Virus record (IMG/VR): IMGVR_UViG_3300005711_000021
Coordinates: 32,001-96,000 of that record
Origin: a virus
Taxonomy: Duplodnaviria > Caudoviricetes
Strand: one strand, 5' to 3'
Length of the DNA: 64,000 nucleotides
Shown: one piece after another, positions 48,848-58,821 of the stretch
Layout: each line of letters starts with the position of its first letter
How positions within the stretch are numbered: the stretch's first letter is position 1
Made by a program: the position numbers and the translations under genes
Notes under the pieces: model-generated
What the model was told of the DNA's origin: nothing
Seen by the model: only the letters and a program-made list of their open reading frames with translations
The model's database searches: none

Positions 48848-50119
48848 ATGATAGATACATCTAAATACATAGAAGATGCTATAAGTTTTTTAAATAATCA
48901 AGACGTAGAAGATCTTAATTATCAATTTATGTATCAAACAAATTATTTTAATAGCGAAGACTATAATTATACTTTATACAATATCGAAACAAACTTAAAC
49001 ACATTATATGAAAAAACAAGAGTACTTCAAGATGTTATAAAATATACAAGAGAATATATTAAACAAAATATATATGAAATATCTGATGAGTGCCGTTCAA
49101 TTCTAGAAGCTATTGAAGATAATGTAGATTCATTAAAACAAAATAACTATATTAATATTAATGTTCCTTTCTTAGAAAGCACAGGATCTTATATGGACCG
49201 TGATAATAAAAAGTTACCTAAGAACGCTATCTATGATGGAACAATTACTTTATCTGGTACAGAAAAAGAAAAGCTTAAAATTAAAGCTGTTAATCAAAAA
49301 AATAACTTTAAACCTTATAAAGAAAACTTAGCTAACTTAATTCAAGAAAAAGAATATCGTTCTTTCTATATGTTAGATGCTCCAATAACTAATGGATTAA
49401 AAGAACAAATTACAGTTGAATTTGAAACTGAAAACATTATTAATCAATTGAATATTGTAACATCTAATTGTAAAATAAGTAATATGAAATATATAGATAA
49501 TACTGGAACAATAGATTATATTGATGAACATTTAAATATTGTTCAAGTCCCTAGAAAAACAAAATCAGTTGAATTTATGACAACAACAGATTCTTATAAG
49601 AAGATTGTTTATTTTGTGGACCAAGCAAGATTAAAAGCTAACTTTTGGGATTCTATTATGGAACATGAATATGCTAAAACAACAACAGGTGCTGGTACAC
49701 TTACACAAGGTCAAATTGATGAGATGGCTGGATTAACAGCTTTTAAAAAAGAATACGAAGCGTATGTAAAATCTGTTGAGGAATGGATAAAAAAGAGACA
49801 AGCTGTAGTAGATGAAAATATTGCAAATGGTTATACTGATTCTGTTCCAAAGATTGATTTTATTGTTGCACCAAGTTCTATTACTGGAGAAAGTAATACA
49901 TTAAATGTTAATACTGATAAAACAACGGAAGTGCCAAAATCACAAGTTGTTGTTAATGCACCTATTACGGCCCCTAATGTTTATCCAGATATAGAAAATT
50001 ATAGAACACAATCTTATTCAAATTATGAAAAATTGGTAAGTAAGACAGGCAACAGAGTTGATTATTTTACAACATTATCTGACCCTAAAACATATTCTTC
50101 TTCTTACCAATATAAATAA
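48848..50119 (+). CDS. Putative structural protein
   Basis: 423 aa. N-terminal NSEDYN...IETNLNTLYEK coiled coil, then a beta-rich region. RBS AAAGGTG. Confidence 0.5.
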   Translation: MIDTSKYIEDAISFLNNQDVEDLNYQFMYQTNYFNSEDYNYTLYNIETNLNTLYEKTRVLQDVIKYTREYIKQNIYEISDECRSILEAIEDNVDSLKQNNYININVPFLESTGSYMDRDNKKLPKNAIYDGTITLSGTEKEKLKIKAVNQKNNFKPYKENLANLIQEKEYRSFYMLDAPITNGLKEQITVEFETENIINQLNIVTSNCKISNMKYIDNTGTIDYIDEHLNIVQVPRKTKSVEFMTTTDSYKKIVYFVDQARLKANFWDSIMEHEYAKTTTGAGTLTQGQIDEMAGLTAFKKEYEAYVKSVEEWIKKRQAVVDENIANGYTDSVPKIDFIVAPSSITGESNTLNVNTDKTTEVPKSQVVVNAPITAPNVYPDIENYRTQSYSNYEKLVSKTGNRVDYFTTLSDPKTYSSSYQYK

Positions 50120-50134
50120 AGGAGGGTATAAATA

Positions 50135-51442
50135 ATGGCTAAAAAAGCTACTGGTGGTAGTGGAAAAGATTACACAGTAAGTTCAAATGGTACAATTACA
50201 GTTAGTAGGCCAAATGGTACAACAAGTACTGTAAAACCAAGTGATAAAAATTATAGTTCTACATTGAATGCAATGCATGCGGATACAGGGACTGGAAAAT
50301 ACTCAGGAAGTTCTAGTTCTTCATCTAGTTCTAATAAAGGAAGTTCTAGTTCTTCATCTAGTTCTAGCTCCAACAAAGGCTCTTCTAGTTCTAGCTCTAG
50401 TTCTGGTAAGGGACCTAGTAGTTCAAGTTCGTCAAGCTCATCTAGTTCATCTTCATCGAGCTCAGGTAAAGGTTCTCCTTCTTCTACGGCTAAACCTGAA
50501 TATTGGAAACCAGCTCAAAATGAAAATCCAAAAGTACATACTGCAATTATTAAAGATGATAAAGGAAATGTTATTGCAACGCATGAAACATATATTAAAG
50601 ATGGGGCCATGTATGATAAAACAACTGGTAAAATATTAAGTAGTAATCATGGTGTTCAAGGTACATATGGAGATCCAAAAGAATATACTAAATACTATGA
50701 TCCTGTTACAGGTGTAGGAACATGGATTAAAAACCCAGTTATAGAATCAAAACCAAATGTAAGTTATAGTGGTGGGGGCGGTGGAGGTCATTATAGACCA
50801 TCGTCAAGTTATAGTCCGCCACCTCCACCTCCTAGACCTTCTTTTATTAGTTTTAATGAACCTGTTCCTTCTTTTAATAGCGATTTAAAAAAGGTGACTA
50901 AGGTTACTTACTTTAGTGGAATAGATACATTAGAAGCAAAAAAGGTTGAAACAAATCAAGAAGTATGTTTTATTTCTAAAACAATTACAGTAGGTAAGTT
51001 AAAAGAAAATGAATACATAGAGTTCTATGCAAAATATTATGCAGATGATAATGCTTCTATTGAGTTTTATATTATTGATGGAGAAAGAGAAGTAGCTATT
51101 TTACCAGTTAATGATTCAACAATAAGAAATGAAAAAATATTTTTCGAGATGGATACTAGATTTCCAATTGATGAATCTAAACCTATTTTAGTTAAACAAG
51201 GTATAAAGGCAACTAATCTTTCTTTTAAAGAAGCAAGTCAAAAAGCAACAGATTATAAAATGGAAAATGTTTATAACATTAGTTATACACCCAAAACAAG
51301 TCATAAATATACTCCATTGAATGAGACAATTAAAATAAAAGCTATTATTAGAGCATATACACTTACTAAGTATTCACCATATATTAAGACAATGAAAATA
51401 AGAAAATATGGAGGAACCGCTTTATGGACTCAAGATTTATAG
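50135..51442 (+). CDS. Putative structural protein with N-terminal Ser/Gly/Pro low-complexity region
   Basis: 435 aa, RBS AAGGAGG. Poly-Ser blocks, GGGGGG and PPPPPPRP tracts, then a globular beta-rich C-terminal half. Confidence 0.6.
   Translation: MAKKATGGSGKDYTVSSNGTITVSRPNGTTSTVKPSDKNYSSTLNAMHADTGTGKYSGSSSSSSSSNKGSSSSSSSSSSNKGSSSSSSSSGKGPSSSSSSSSSSSSSSSSGKGSPSSTAKPEYWKPAQNENPKVHTAIIKDDKGNVIATHETYIKDGAMYDKTTGKILSSNHGVQGTYGDPKEYTKYYDPVTGVGTWIKNPVIESKPNVSYSGGGGGGHYRPSSSYSPPPPPPRPSFISFNEPVPSFNSDLKKVTKVTYFSGIDTLEAKKVETNQEVCFISKTITVGKLKENEYIEFYAKYYADDNASIEFYIIDGEREVAILPVNDSTIRNEKIFFEMDTRFPIDESKPILVKQGIKATNLSFKEASQKATDYKMENVYNISYTPKTSHKYTPLNETIKIKAIIRAYTLTKYSPYIKTMKIRKYGGTALWTQDL
50306..50485 (+). 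repeat. Coding tandem repeat (SSSSSSS-x-KG units)
   Basis: GGAAGTTCTAGTTCTTCATCTAGTTCTA occurs at 50306 and 50339, followed by diverged copies. Confidence 0.8.
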
Positions 51443-52572
51443 ATCAATCTAAACAAGATTATAGTAAAATGCTTCTTGCAAATGGTAGCTTAGAACGTTC
51501 CAAAGAAATAGCTGAATTAAATTCTTACGAGCCTATTTTTAAATTTAGACCAGCTCATGATCAAGCAGAACCTTCTGCAAAAGATTTAAATGAAATGATT
51601 AATGAATCTTATGTAGATATTAATGCATTAATTGTTGGTTTTAGAGAGGCGGGAAAAGATTTTCATAACCTCATGTTAGCAACAGATGCTAAATTAAAAA
51701 AGATTAAACAACAGCTATTAATAGAAAAAGAAAAACTAGATGATCTTAATATACTATGTAATCAATATACTGATTTTAATTCAGTAATTAATTTAGATGA
51801 TACTAAGTTATTTGGAAGCTACAGTTATGATAATGGCATCATTTCTGCTAAAGTACAGTCTCAAGAAGCAATTCCTTATACAATTGCTGGAATAGATGGA
51901 AATGGATACGAAGGAAATGATTATGTATATAAGTCTGATGCATTCTTAAAAAAATCAATTGATACAAGTAATCGTAACTATATCAATGATAATAATGATT
52001 TAACAGTCTATGAATATTCTAGAATTACAGCAAGTAACTCAGAAAAAGATGTTTTTCAATATGTAAACTTTGATAGTATTGAAGCAAAAGTTACTATTTC
52101 AATGACAAGTATCAATGAGTTCAATAAAATCATTATTAATGTTTCATCTAAAGATACTTTCTTAACAGCAGTATTAACAAGTACAGATGGCATTAGTTAT
52201 AAAAATGTATTATCAAAACCAATTGAAGTAAATAATGATACTTTAAAATATGATAATGTTAATTATATTGCATCTAGTGGAATGTTATGTTTTCCTTCTA
52301 CTAAATATTTAAAACTTGTATTTGAATCTAATGGTGTAACAGATGATGTATTAGCATTTGAAAAGGTCACTGTTATAGATACAGTAAAAACTGAGAAAAA
52401 AGAAATTGCACCATTCTCTACAAAAACAAATACAATTACATCATATGGAATATCTGATATTAATAGCAGTAAAATTAAAAACACTAAAACATATATTCCT
52501 TCTAATGAACGATATATATATGATAGAACTAGACAGAAATTAATGTTGCATGTAATGCAATTAGAGGAGTGA
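51424..52572 (+). CDS. Putative structural protein
   Basis: 382 aa with an N-terminal coiled coil and GNGYEGNDYVY/YEYSRITA beta region. RBS GGAGG. Confidence 0.5.
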   Translation: MDSRFIDQSKQDYSKMLLANGSLERSKEIAELNSYEPIFKFRPAHDQAEPSAKDLNEMINESYVDINALIVGFREAGKDFHNLMLATDAKLKKIKQQLLIEKEKLDDLNILCNQYTDFNSVINLDDTKLFGSYSYDNGIISAKVQSQEAIPYTIAGIDGNGYEGNDYVYKSDAFLKKSIDTSNRNYINDNNDLTVYEYSRITASNSEKDVFQYVNFDSIEAKVTISMTSINEFNKIIINVSSKDTFLTAVLTSTDGISYKNVLSKPIEVNNDTLKYDNVNYIASSGMLCFPSTKYLKLVFESNGVTDDVLAFEKVTVIDTVKTEKKEIAPFSTKTNTITSYGISDINSSKIKNTKTYIPSNERYIYDRTRQKLMLHVMQLEE

Positions 52573-52579
52573 TTTATAG

Positions 52580-53074
52580 ATGTCAAAAACAAATGTTAAT
52601 ATTGATTTTAAAGAAGAAAATATTAAAGATATAGAAGGATTACAAACAAAAAAAGAAATTGTAAAACTTAATACTGCTAAAAGACATGCTATTAAAATTA
52701 ATGATATACAACTTGAAAAGAATATTTATAATGCTGAAAGTATTATTAAAACAAATAACTTAATTTCTAATCCAGCAAGAAGTATTGCTATATTCTGCAA
52801 TGAATATGTTCCTGAACACTTTTCAGCAGGGAAATGGATAAGATATTATTTAACTGTTAATGGGCAAGATTTTGAAGTTGTGCCGATTAATTCTAATAAT
52901 AATGGTGTAAAAATTATTAAAACAAGTGACCTTGATTTAAGTTCTGATTATGTTCAATACATTAATCAAAAAATCAAAACAGCTTATTTAACTATTAGAA
53001 TTTCTACACCAAATAAATATGAAACACCTTTTATTTCAAATCTTAAAATATTAGTAGGTGATAAAAATGTATAG
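52580..53074 (+). CDS. Putative structural protein
   Basis: 164 aa, RBS GAGGAG. IRYYLTVNG...PIN...TPFISNLKIL. Confidence 0.5.
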   Translation: MSKTNVNIDFKEENIKDIEGLQTKKEIVKLNTAKRHAIKINDIQLEKNIYNAESIIKTNNLISNPARSIAIFCNEYVPEHFSAGKWIRYYLTVNGQDFEVVPINSNNNGVKIIKTSDLDLSSDYVQYINQKIKTAYLTIRISTPNKYETPFISNLKILVGDKNV

Positions 53075-54281
53075 AGATATGGCTATTAAAATGAAATACC
53101 ATAAAGAAAAGATTATACAAAGTTTTATTGATTTAGGCGTCTTTCCTACGGATGAGCGTATTCAAGATTTATTAGATAGTATTGATTTATCTACTGCTTA
53201 TCTTAATGTAGAAGAAGCTGTTCCTGGGAAAGACTTTGATACTGAAACTTATAATGCAATGTTCTTATCTATTTATAAAGATTTAGAATTACTTTATAAC
53301 CTTCTATTTGAACTAGCTGTTAAAGAATACACTCTACTTACTTCTTTTGTTGATACACATTTAGATAATCTAGAAACTACAATGAATTTCTATAAAGAAA
53401 AAGCAGAACAAGAAACAAATACAACTTCTTTAGGAAATACGATATTATTTAAGAACCATAGCTTTAATACAAAAGTGCAAAATAATATTACTCATATAGA
53501 TTTAGGTACTGTATCTGTTCATAACAATTCACGTATTGCAAGTATTTTTAATGCTAATGATATAGAAGGCGACAAAGTTATTTTTAGTTATACAAAGAAG
53601 AATGAAACATTAAGAGCTACACCTTACAACTATAATTACGCAACAATAGTTATACCTGGTGAAACAAATAAAAAAGAATATGCTTTTAATCTAAATAAAG
53701 ATCAAATCATAGATGGCATGATTAAAATGGATATTAATAAAACACCTTCTAAGGATAATGTTTATACTATTCTTGGTGCAAAGGATAAAGTGCTTGTAAA
53801 ACAATTTGGAGAAGTTACAAAGTATAACATTAAAAATAGACCAACTAAATTTGATATGTTAAGTTTCTCTGAAAAAAGCTATATTGACTTTTATACAATA
53901 GGAACAACTTCTATTACATTTAGATTTAATAAGAAGCCAGTTAGCACAAACTTTTCATTAGATAACTATATTGTAAGTAACTTAAATTATGTTCATCATT
54001 TCTTTATAGAGTGTGATGCAGGATTTAGTTTTGATTTTGATATAGATGGCGGTCAAATATTTGCATTAAAAGAAACGGGGCTTATTATAGATAATGAATT
54101 ATATTTTCCAAAGAATATAGAAGCTAGAGAATTTAAAATTATAGAATATGAACTTGGAAATAAAGAAACTTATAATGTAACTGTAGATATTATAAATGAT
54201 GATGGAGATCAAGTTGATATTAAAAGCATTATGATTAAAGAATTATTAACAATGGAGGATAGTAATAATGATAGTTTATAA
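53067..54281 (+). CDS. Putative structural protein
   Basis: ATG 53067 after AGGTG (track start 53058). YNAMFLSIYKDLELLY N-terminal motif resembles those of the 48848 and 51424 products. Confidence 0.5.
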   Translation: MYRDMAIKMKYHKEKIIQSFIDLGVFPTDERIQDLLDSIDLSTAYLNVEEAVPGKDFDTETYNAMFLSIYKDLELLYNLLFELAVKEYTLLTSFVDTHLDNLETTMNFYKEKAEQETNTTSLGNTILFKNHSFNTKVQNNITHIDLGTVSVHNNSRIASIFNANDIEGDKVIFSYTKKNETLRATPYNYNYATIVIPGETNKKEYAFNLNKDQIIDGMIKMDINKTPSKDNVYTILGAKDKVLVKQFGEVTKYNIKNRPTKFDMLSFSEKSYIDFYTIGTTSITFRFNKKPVSTNFSLDNYIVSNLNYVHHFFIECDAGFSFDFDIDGGQIFALKETGLIIDNELYFPKNIEAREFKIIEYELGNKETYNVTVDIINDDGDQVDIKSIMIKELLTMEDSNNDSL

Positions 54282-54540
54282 TATGCGTTATCGTGGTCCT
54301 TTAGAATATGATAAATTTGTTTTAAATACATTTCAATTTCATAATGAAGTAAATGGTGTTCTTATTAAAGAATTTGAGAACTCAAATAATAATAAATCCT
54401 TTAAAGCAATACAAAGAGATTTAAAAGATTTAACAGCTAATTATGTTGGCAGGGAATTAGATATAGACACAGAGACTTCAGAAAAGATAGGATACTCAAA
54501 AGACTTGTATTTATTTTTAACAGAATATAGGGAGGTTTAA
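54268..54540 (+). CDS. Hypothetical protein
   Basis: 90 aa, RBS GGAGG, N-terminal MRYRGPLEYDK. Confidence 0.6.
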   Translation: MIVYNMRYRGPLEYDKFVLNTFQFHNEVNGVLIKEFENSNNNKSFKAIQRDLKDLTANYVGRELDIDTETSEKIGYSKDLYLFLTEYREV

Positions 54541-54545
54541 TTAAT

Positions 54546-55631
54546 ATGATACCAAAAATTAGTTCCGAAGAATTAAATAATATTTTAATTGATGCAAAAG
54601 GTAAATTAGATACATTAGATAAAAAGTTTGAAATAGCAAAAAATGATATGGAAGATAAATTAAAAATCATTAATTATGAATCAGAATATGTTCAATCAAC
54701 CTTATCAAAAATTAAGTCAGGTAACTTTCAAAAGATAGATGGTATGGTTGGTTTTGCTTATTTAAACAAAAGCACTACTGGTAAATACGATAGATATGGT
54801 AGCACTGTTCATGCCGAACTTATTAAATCTCCTATTAATGTATTTAACCTAGAGGTATCAGCTTTTAATGAGGTTTATTTCAGAGAGGATGTTAGTGTTT
54901 CTGTTAACGGCATGAAAGATGATAAGTACTTATCTTTATTAAAGCATGATGTAATTCAAAAACCTATTTTCTTTAATACATATAAAGATAACTTAGTAAC
55001 AATCAAAATAGAATTAACAGATTTAGCAACAATACTTGGACCAAGTAAATTTAATGTAATAGAAATCGATCCATTCTTACATGGTTCTTTTGATATTGAA
55101 GAAACACGTATTTATGAATTTACAGAAGAAGGAACAGTTAATACAAATGCAGCACCTCTTACACTTCCTAAAATGCCTAATGTAGGAATGGAAAGAATTG
55201 TTCTTCCTGAGAAAATTAACTTCTATAAAATTGAAATGGATATTAGAGTAAAATATGAAACTTATAGAAATACATCTATTGTTTATCCTTTTGGAATCAA
55301 ACATATCTATTTCTACAATATGGATTTTAAAACAGATTCTTATTTAATAGCAGAAATAACATCCAATAAAAATATCTCTTACATAAAAAATGATATTATC
55401 ATAAAAACACCTTTTGGAGAACAAGCTGCTAAGATTACAACATCTGGCATTCAACTTTACTTAGACCGTGATGGAGAATCTTATGAATTATATTCTCCTA
55501 TAGAGCCTTCTTCCCCTGATGATATTAAAGAAATTGCAAGAAACGTTAAAAAGATTTATGCTCGTATACCAATTAGTCCTAAGGATAATTTAATTGGAAT
55601 AGCTTTTAATATAGTTAATCGCTCAATCTAA
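54546..55631 (+). CDS. Putative structural protein (last gene of the structural block)
   Basis: 361 aa, RBS GGGAGG. Coiled coil followed by a beta-rich domain. Confidence 0.5.
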   Translation: MIPKISSEELNNILIDAKGKLDTLDKKFEIAKNDMEDKLKIINYESEYVQSTLSKIKSGNFQKIDGMVGFAYLNKSTTGKYDRYGSTVHAELIKSPINVFNLEVSAFNEVYFREDVSVSVNGMKDDKYLSLLKHDVIQKPIFFNTYKDNLVTIKIELTDLATILGPSKFNVIEIDPFLHGSFDIEETRIYEFTEEGTVNTNAAPLTLPKMPNVGMERIVLPEKINFYKIEMDIRVKYETYRNTSIVYPFGIKHIYFYNMDFKTDSYLIAEITSNKNISYIKNDIIIKTPFGEQAAKITTSGIQLYLDRDGESYELYSPIEPSSPDDIKEIARNVKKIYARIPISPKDNLIGIAFNIVNRSI

Positions 55632-55654
55632 TTTACTATTTTGTCTAATGTGTG

Positions 55655-55683
55655 TTGACAAAAAACTTCATACGCTGTAAGAT
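55655..55683 (+). promoter_or_regulatory. SigA-type promoter of the replication operon
   Basis: TTGACA-17 bp-TAAGAT in the intergenic region between the structural and replication blocks. Confidence 0.75.
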
Positions 55684-55697
55684 ATAAACATAAATAC

Positions 55698-55712
55698 ACG
55701 TACGATACGTAC
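55698..55712 (+). promoter_or_regulatory. Candidate operator ACGTAC-N3-ACGTAC, site 1
   Basis: ACGTAC-GAT-ACGTAC downstream of the -10 box. Same arrangement at 62555-62569. Confidence 0.6.
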
Positions 55713-55734
55713 AAAGAAAAGGAATGATCTAAAA

Positions 55735-56367
55735 ATGGATTATACAGAAATGTATTATGAATTAAATCATGGTATTTATCCTTTTGAAACTGAAGAGGCA
55801 AAAAATAAAACGCAAAAAGTAATTGATTATCTTATAGATGCAAAGATATCTGAAAAAGATATATTCAGAATAATAGAAGAAGCTCCTAAAGCTGATTATC
55901 TAAAACATGAAGATTTACCAGAATGGCTTTGGGAAAATTCATTACTTAATAAAAACACTTTCTACTATCATAATGTTTTACAAATACGTTCTAAATCACC
56001 AAAAATGAATATGGAATCATTAGAAGTAGAGAGTGTTCCATTTTATCTAGAAATGCAAATTAAGTTTACTACACATGATTTGCTTCTATATTTTTATAAA
56101 AAAGCTAATACAGAATATAGCTTTATAGATGAAAAGAAAGATATAGGAGCAATAGCTCATCTTCTTAATCAATATTCAAAGATTGGATTTATAGATAGCG
56201 TTGATTTTATGTTAGCTTTAATCGATTATGCAACAACAGCAGAAGACTGCTCAACAAGCACAATCTTTCAATTAGACTCCAAATATCGTTCGGAAGTATT
56301 TGAGCTATTAAAGAAAAGAACAGCTGAAGCAAATGCTAATCACATTAACAAAGTTGTATATAGATAG
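55735..56367 (+). CDS. Hypothetical protein, first gene of the replication operon
   Basis: 210 aa, RBS AAAGGA, directly upstream of primase and helicase. Confidence 0.7.
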   Translation: MDYTEMYYELNHGIYPFETEEAKNKTQKVIDYLIDAKISEKDIFRIIEEAPKADYLKHEDLPEWLWENSLLNKNTFYYHNVLQIRSKSPKMNMESLEVESVPFYLEMQIKFTTHDLLLYFYKKANTEYSFIDEKKDIGAIAHLLNQYSKIGFIDSVDFMLALIDYATTAEDCSTSTIFQLDSKYRSEVFELLKKRTAEANANHINKVVYR

Positions 56368-56384
56368 TTTTGGAGGGGACATAT

Positions 56385-57413
56385 GTGAACACATGGTACA
56401 GAGAAGCGGGGGGTATGTATGTAAAAGGTAAAACCAAAGCCTTTACTAGAAACATCTTTATTGAGCCATTTGATTATACAGATATAAGAAGAAAGTTTAA
56501 TAATAAAGATGTTTATGTTACACCTTATATATATAATAAAAGACCACAACAAGAAAGCTTATTATATGGAAGCTTTTATATAGATTTAGATTTAAAAGTA
56601 TCTAAGCTAGAAGATTATGAAAAAGTAAAACTAGATACCTTAATGGTTTTATCAATCTTTACAACTGACTTCAAAATACCATTAAAAGACATAGAGATTT
56701 ACTTTAGTGGTAATAAAGGATTTCATATTGTTATTCATCCTATTACTTTAGGTATTGTTCCTAAAAAAGATTTAAATCATGATTTTAAGCTATTAGCTAA
56801 ACGTATTAAATCTTTTACTCTTAATAAGACAATTGATACAGTTGTTTATGATAATGTAAGACTAATGAGAGTTAATAATACTATTAATAGCAAATCAGGA
56901 CTGTATAAAGTTAGAGTAACAAGAAAGATGATAGAAACGTTTACTTATGCTCAAATGAAATTATATGCTTCTAAGCCTAGATTTGATATAAAACGCACAA
57001 ATGTTAAATGTAATACTGAAGCCCATAAGAAATATAAAGAATATATAGATGAACAAATACAAGAAGATAAACAAGTATTAGAAAGACCTAAGAAGAAATT
57101 AAAAAAGATGGATGAACTTCTTCCATGTCTAGCTTATATGTTAGAGAATCCACCCGAAAAAGGATGCAGAAATAATACAACTGTTATTCTAGCTTCTGCT
57201 TTATTTCAATGTGGTGGAACAATTAATGAAGTAACTGATCTATTATTAGACTGGAATAATAATAATCCAAATAAAATATCTCAACATGAAATTAGAAATA
57301 CCGTACATAGTGCGTATAGACAATTTAAAAATGATAGAGGATATGGATGTAAATCTGTTAAACAACTAGGTCAATGTTTAGGACCATTGTGCAAATTATA
57401 TAAAGGGGCGTGA
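56385..57413 (+). CDS. Archaeo-eukaryotic-type primase (AEP/PrimPol) with C-terminal helical/Cys-rich domain
   Basis: Motif I FYIDLD, motif II FSGNKGFH, motif III IDTVVYDNVRLMRVNNTINSKSG. C-terminal LPCL...GCRNN...WN...GYGC...C...C. GTG 56385 after GGAGGGG (track start 56370). Confidence 0.85.
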   Translation: MNTWYREAGGMYVKGKTKAFTRNIFIEPFDYTDIRRKFNNKDVYVTPYIYNKRPQQESLLYGSFYIDLDLKVSKLEDYEKVKLDTLMVLSIFTTDFKIPLKDIEIYFSGNKGFHIVIHPITLGIVPKKDLNHDFKLLAKRIKSFTLNKTIDTVVYDNVRLMRVNNTINSKSGLYKVRVTRKMIETFTYAQMKLYASKPRFDIKRTNVKCNTEAHKKYKEYIDEQIQEDKQVLERPKKKLKKMDELLPCLAYMLENPPEKGCRNNTTVILASALFQCGGTINEVTDLLLDWNNNNPNKISQHEIRNTVHSAYRQFKNDRGYGCKSVKQLGQCLGPLCKLYKGA

Positions 57414-57418
57414 GATAG

Positions 57419-58504
57419 ATGTCATTAACTGAAATTCTAGAGAAAGCAAAGAAGGATAATAATTATCTTAATAAAGAGCTATTAAAAATCAATAAAGAGA
57501 ATGTTATTATTAAAGATTTTATGGAATCTACATTAGAAGATTTAAAAGCCTTTGAAGAAAATTCTTGGAGTAAAGGTGATGGTTATGCTTTTAGTAAGTT
57601 CCCTTTAATGACTCAACATCTTGAAGGACTTGATGAAGGATTATATCTTGTTGCAGGAGAATCTAATACAGGTAAATCTGCATTGATGATGAATATGGTT
57701 TATGACTTATGTACGAACCCAAATAATAAATTATTTGGAATTTACTATTCACTAGATGATACTAAGTATGATATAATACCTCGTATAGTAGCAATGGATC
57801 AATCTATTCCTATTGGTGTTGTATCTAAACCACAACGCTATCAAAACTTAATTGATAATGCAGAAGAGAATAGTTCTACTTATATTAAATACTTAGAGAA
57901 ACGTAATGTAGGACTTGAAAAACTAAAAGACCAAAAGAATTGTTTTAAGATAGAAGATGGCTCTAGAATTAAATCAGCTGAAGATATGTTTCAACATATG
58001 AAGCAACTTCAACTATATGTAAAAGCTATTAATCCTGAAATGAATATTGTAGTAGCAATAGATGCTGTTGATGATATTCGTTTTGCTACAAAACATTTTG
58101 GTTCTACTACTGATAGACATGCAGAAATTGCTCGAACGATAAAAGAGTGGAGTACTGAATTACATATTCCTATTTTCGGGTCAAGACATCTTAGTAAGTT
58201 AAGACAAAATAGAAGACCTACTTTAGATGATTTAAAAGATAGTAATGAATATGTTTATGAAGCATCAGTTGTTTGGTTAGTACATAATGATGTATCTAAA
58301 AATAAACAAGCTGCTCAAATTTACTATCAACCTGAAAATGGCACAGAGAAATTACCAGTCTTAGAAATTGACTGGGCAAAGAATAAGAAATCTTCTTTTA
58401 AAGGAAGAACATATACATATTTTATTCCTAACTTTTCAAAAGCAACGGAATGTAAAGAAAATGAATCTAAAAGATACGATAGTATCGTATACTCAAGTTT
58501 ATAA
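57419..58504 (+). CDS. DnaB-like replicative helicase (SF4, C-terminal domain only)
   Basis: Walker A AGESNTGKS, YYSLDD, VVAIDAV (Walker B), RPTLDDLKDSNEYVYEASVV, AKNK. Confidence 0.85.
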   Translation: MSLTEILEKAKKDNNYLNKELLKINKENVIIKDFMESTLEDLKAFEENSWSKGDGYAFSKFPLMTQHLEGLDEGLYLVAGESNTGKSALMMNMVYDLCTNPNNKLFGIYYSLDDTKYDIIPRIVAMDQSIPIGVVSKPQRYQNLIDNAEENSSTYIKYLEKRNVGLEKLKDQKNCFKIEDGSRIKSAEDMFQHMKQLQLYVKAINPEMNIVVAIDAVDDIRFATKHFGSTTDRHAEIARTIKEWSTELHIPIFGSRHLSKLRQNRRPTLDDLKDSNEYVYEASVVWLVHNDVSKNKQAAQIYYQPENGTEKLPVLEIDWAKNKKSSFKGRTYTYFIPNFSKATECKENESKRYDSIVYSSL

Positions 58505-58521
58505 AGGAGGGTTATATAAAA

Positions 58522-58761
58522 ATGGCGATGTTAACTAAAAGTTTTGATACCATTCAATTAGGTAACAGAAGTGATGTATGCTTATTATGTGCTAAAAAAA
58601 CTGGTAAGCGTTTTGCAGAAGCAAAGAATGATTTAAGAGGACAACTCTTAGGTAAAAAAGTACTTAGAGCTACTAATGATATTTGTTACTGTATCGATTG
58701 TCTTAAAGAAATTGTTACAGAAGCAGAATCTACTTCTACTAATGACGGAGTAAATATCTAA
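58522..58761 (+). CDS. Small Zn-finger-like hypothetical protein
   Basis: CLLC and CYCIDC motifs, RBS AAGGAGG. Confidence 0.65.
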   Translation: MAMLTKSFDTIQLGNRSDVCLLCAKKTGKRFAEAKNDLRGQLLGKKVLRATNDICYCIDCLKEIVTEAESTSTNDGVNI

Positions 58762-58775
58762 TGCTAATTGAATAT

Positions 58776-58792
58776 GCTATTAATAGCTTATC
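58776..58792. promoter_or_regulatory. Intergenic palindromic motif, copy 2
   Basis: GCTATTAATAGCTTATC, identical to 36643-36659. Confidence 0.45.
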
Positions 58793-58821
58793 ATTAGACT
58801 TAAATCAATATAAGAACATAG

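Noticed and set aside
50268-50639. Alternate-frame + strand ORF over the Ser-rich repeat (also 39550-39741)
   Set aside because: The LVL-rich translation is just the +1 reading of Ser codons. No RBS or slippery site was noticed.
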